The translations under genes and the position numbers were made by a program. Below are positions 15,702 through 18,215 of a stretch of DNA of 18,215 bases, in pieces; position 1 is the stretch's first letter; each line of letters begins with the position of its first letter. The stretch spans positions 1-18,215 of the forward strand of contig JAEOTQ010000176.1 in NCBI GenBank assembly GCA_016839785.1, given 5' to 3'. This DNA is from Candidatus Hodarchaeota archaeon. GTDB lineage: Archaea > Asgardarchaeota > Heimdallarchaeia > Hodarchaeales > Hodarchaeaceae. The notes beneath the pieces were generated by a model that was given only the letters and a program-made list of their open reading frames with translations, made no database searches and had not been told where the DNA came from.

Positions 15702-17585
15702 ATGTCGATTAAAGAAAAAGTTTCACGAATTCCATGGAGAGAATATCTCTCTAGGCAAATGGTTAAGATTGTTGGACTGCTTTTCATCACATTCTTACTA
15801 ATTATTGTCATGGTTATCTCTGCAAGTATTGAGGATTTATCAACTGTTACCTACGGTAATACTGAGTATGTAATTGCCATTATATTGTCATCATTGTGTT
15901 TTTTCCTTGTCTTGATCGGTTTTTCAAAAATCGTCCTTTTCGATATGGCTGATGAGTTCGGGTTAAGAGATGAATCCGGGGATATGGTATATAATACTCG
16001 TTTTTGGCTTTTTGCAATGCTAGCTTTATCATTTTGCTCTGCAATATATCTTCTCTTAGATGTATTTCTTCAGGAAACTTATTTACAACTTCTCCCAGTT
16101 ATATTTATGCGTGGAATTTTAGATTATTTTGAACTCGACATTTCAGGTCTTTCTGATGTGGATGGAAGAAAATTTTATGAAACAGCCAGAAATCTTTATT
16201 TTGGAGCCTTTTTTCTTCTCATCATAGCATTTTCGATCGTTGTGTTTCTGACAATATTAACTACTTTCGCTCGACGTAGAGTTGTTGGAAAATTTAAGAA
16301 AGAAGAAGAGGAAAAGGAGAAAGAAGCAAATAGAGCGATCTATAAACTTTTTGTTTGGATTTTAATTCCCTTTTTAGCATATTTTGTTATTGCACTACAA
16401 AATACATCAATCGGACCTGTAATTGGAATTGCATATCTTCTTGCAGTCATTTGGTGGATTTATCAAGTATTAAAAGCAATATTTTTGATTGTATGGAGAG
16501 GTGTAAAGATTACTGCTTTTATTACAAGTGTCAATTTACTAGTAATAATCCCACTCATCGCTACCTTATGGCTCCTCCCTACATTTCTGTGGGCAGGCTG
16601 GGATACAATTCAAAATTTTACTGGAGAAGCAATCAATCTCTCCGAGCTTGCTAATGTTTTTGTAGATTCGCTTATTACCAGATTAATTGATTTTGAGAAC
16701 CTTGTTCAACTCGATTTCATTATCATAACAATTATTGCTACATTAGTTGTCGGTTTTGCAGAAGGCTTTGCTTTTATTGCTATCTTTACAGCTTTGTCTA
16801 GAGGAATTGAGGTAGCGCGTACAGGCCAAGTTCTTGCTAGATCTCCACCAAAAGTTATGGTGTTTTCCAAATATCTTGTTATGTTTGGTGTGTGGATTTC
16901 TCTTTTGTGGGATAGCTTAGGATCGATTATCGAAATGTTAAAGAATCAACTTCATTTTGATATGGATTTAACCGTACCTAACTTTTTTTACCTGCTATAC
17001 AATGAAATAATATTGCCTATTTCGGACTATCTCGCATCTATTTGGCCAACGTTAGAATTTATACCGTTTTTAATCCTTCCAATCATTTTCATTTTCTCTG
17101 GTGCATTCAAATTTTTGTCTGTAACCTTGGTTACACCTAAAGTTAAAGACAGAGGTGAAATTTTCTTTTTACTTGTTTCGACCTCCTTTGTCTTAATCAT
17201 TACAAATATCCTTGGCGATATTTATGAATTAGCAATTCCAGATGCACCTTTACGATCTATCTCAGGTTTAACAACGATTCTTTCTTCTGCAGTAGGAACA
17301 TTTGAAAATGTAGAATCTATTGCGTTTTATACTGGATTCTTCTTCGGAATTATTTATCTAATATTAAAAGCTTTCAGGGCTAGAGGTACCCCAACAAGTT
17401 CTTTTGCTCCAACGGATGATTTTTCTCTTCCATCTATTGATACTTCCCCTAAAGACTCAGAAAATCGTGATTTGGTTAGTACGACTGATAATGAAGCAGA
17501 TGAACCCGATATCGCTGATCAATTAGAACAAAGTATGGAACAAGAGACAGATGAGGATGTTTTAGAAGAGGTAGACAATCAATAA
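15702..17585 (+). CDS. Uncharacterised ~12-TM membrane protein with an acidic, probably disordered C-terminal tail
   Basis: 627-aa ORF with roughly 12 hydrophobic segments, a charged loop KFKKEEEEKEKE and a D/E-rich tail from about 17391. No family recognised. Confidence 0.8.
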   Translation: MSIKEKVSRIPWREYLSRQMVKIVGLLFITFLLIIVMVISASIEDLSTVTYGNTEYVIAIILSSLCFFLVLIGFSKIVLFDMADEFGLRDESGDMVYNTRFWLFAMLALSFCSAIYLLLDVFLQETYLQLLPVIFMRGILDYFELDISGLSDVDGRKFYETARNLYFGAFFLLIIAFSIVVFLTILTTFARRRVVGKFKKEEEEKEKEANRAIYKLFVWILIPFLAYFVIALQNTSIGPVIGIAYLLAVIWWIYQVLKAIFLIVWRGVKITAFITSVNLLVIIPLIATLWLLPTFLWAGWDTIQNFTGEAINLSELANVFVDSLITRLIDFENLVQLDFIIITIIATLVVGFAEGFAFIAIFTALSRGIEVARTGQVLARSPPKVMVFSKYLVMFGVWISLLWDSLGSIIEMLKNQLHFDMDLTVPNFFYLLYNEIILPISDYLASIWPTLEFIPFLILPIIFIFSGAFKFLSVTLVTPKVKDRGEIFFLLVSTSFVLIITNILGDIYELAIPDAPLRSISGLTTILSSAVGTFENVESIAFYTGFFFGIIYLILKAFRARGTPTSSFAPTDDFSLPSIDTSPKDSENRDLVSTTDNEADEPDIADQLEQSMEQETDEDVLEEVDNQ

Positions 17586-17694
17586 ATTATTCGATGTGAT
17601 TAACAGAAAACGAGGATAATTATCTCAATTTGATTAAATATCAGTAATTTTTTTAGTACGAACCAATTATGCGTAATTTGTAGAGTAGGCTATA

Positions 17695-18215
17695 ATGCGG
17701 TTATTAATAGGAATTACGGGGAACATGGGGTCAGGAAAAAGTCTTGCAGCTGACTATTTCACCAAAAAATATCATTGTAAGAAACTACGTCTGTCTGGTA
17801 AGATGAGAGAAATTGCAAAAGAGTTGGAGATAGAACCAACAAGAGATTTCTTACAGGGGATCGGTAAATTCATGCGAGACTTTGATGACGATGTATGGGT
17901 CCGCTATATCTATAATAAAGTCCGTTCAAACAAATCTCCCATCGTTATTGATGACATTCGAAGAAAAAATGAAATTACTTTCTTACAACCACTAGGTTTC
18001 AAGTTTATTAGAATTGATGCCGAATCTGAGATTCGCAGAAGACGAATTGAGAGTCGAGGTGAAGGTAAAATAACCGAGGCGGACTGGTATCGATGGTCGA
18101 CACATTTAACAGAAAACCAGGTAAAACAGCTGAAAGTAGATTTTCAAATATCAAATAATGGAACATTCGAAGAGCTATACAAAGAACTTGATATTATAAT
18201 AGCAGAAATTCAAAA
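17695..18215 (+). CDS. P-loop nucleoside-monophosphate kinase, dNMP-kinase / dephospho-CoA-kinase-like (runs off the right edge)
   Basis: Not in the ORF track. Manual translation: MRLLIGITGNMGSGKSLAADY...PTRDFLQGIGKFMRDFDDDVWV...IVIDDIRRKNE...RRRRIESRG...HLTE...ISNNGTFEELYKELD. It has Walker A GNMGSGKS, and no stop codon occurs before the window end. Confidence 0.85.
   Translation, partial: MRLLIGITGNMGSGKSLAADYFTKKYHCKKLRLSGKMREIAKELEIEPTRDFLQGIGKFMRDFDDDVWVRYIYNKVRSNKSPIVIDDIRRKNEITFLQPLGFKFIRIDAESEIRRRRIESRGEGKITEADWYRWSTHLTENQVKQLKVDFQISNNGTFEELYKELDIIIAEIQ

Noticed and set aside
1702-16654. Short ORF-track entries nested in or antisense to long genes (1702-1896, 3391-3609, 6407-6592, 7313-7504, 7961-8143, 8819-9004, 9005-9226, 10493-10681, 12185-12388, 12220-12417, 12424-12648, 15259-15441, 16355-16654)
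   Set aside because: All are 60-99 aa, lie entirely within well-supported CDSs and show no recognisable motifs; treated as shadow ORFs.
1-18215. CRISPR arrays, IS elements/transposases, rRNA and tRNA genes
   Set aside because: No regularly spaced short repeats, terminal inverted repeats with transposase ORFs or GC-rich structured RNA segments were seen; intergenic gaps are short and AT-rich.

Overview
AT-rich, gene-dense archaeal-type window. By inference it comes from an Asgard archaeon, possibly Heimdallarchaeia/Hodarchaeales-like: it has a Rab-like small GTPase with no prenylation motif, longin-like domains, AGGTGA/GGAGG ribosome-binding sites and BRE+TATA-like promoter motifs. Left to right: (1) a truncated unknown ORF divergent from a probable longin-fold protein; (2) an EamA/DMT transporter; (3) a tungsten aldehyde:ferredoxin oxidoreductase (AOR family) preceded by three beta-grasp/ubiquitin-like (MoaD/ThiS/SAMP-type) genes, one canonical (-GGG end) and two paralogues with an internal GG followed by a C-terminal extension; (4) a translationally coupled three-gene membrane operon: a LamG + 2x Ig/FN3-like surface protein, a 1474-aa membrane protein built of tandem TM-hairpin/amphipathic-helix repeats, and a shorter partial paralogue ending in a C4 zinc ribbon; (5) a 7TM-longin fusion, a stand-alone NAD(P)HX epimerase, a Rab-like GTPase, a ~12-TM unknown protein with an acidic tail, and a truncated dNMP/dephospho-CoA-kinase-like P-loop kinase. 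I found no RNA genes, CRISPR arrays or mobile elements. The best candidates for undescribed systems are the repeat-membrane-protein operon, the 7TM-longin/Rab signalling neighbourhood and the atypical ubiquitin-like pair next to AOR. All domain calls are by-eye motif recognition; no database searches were run.
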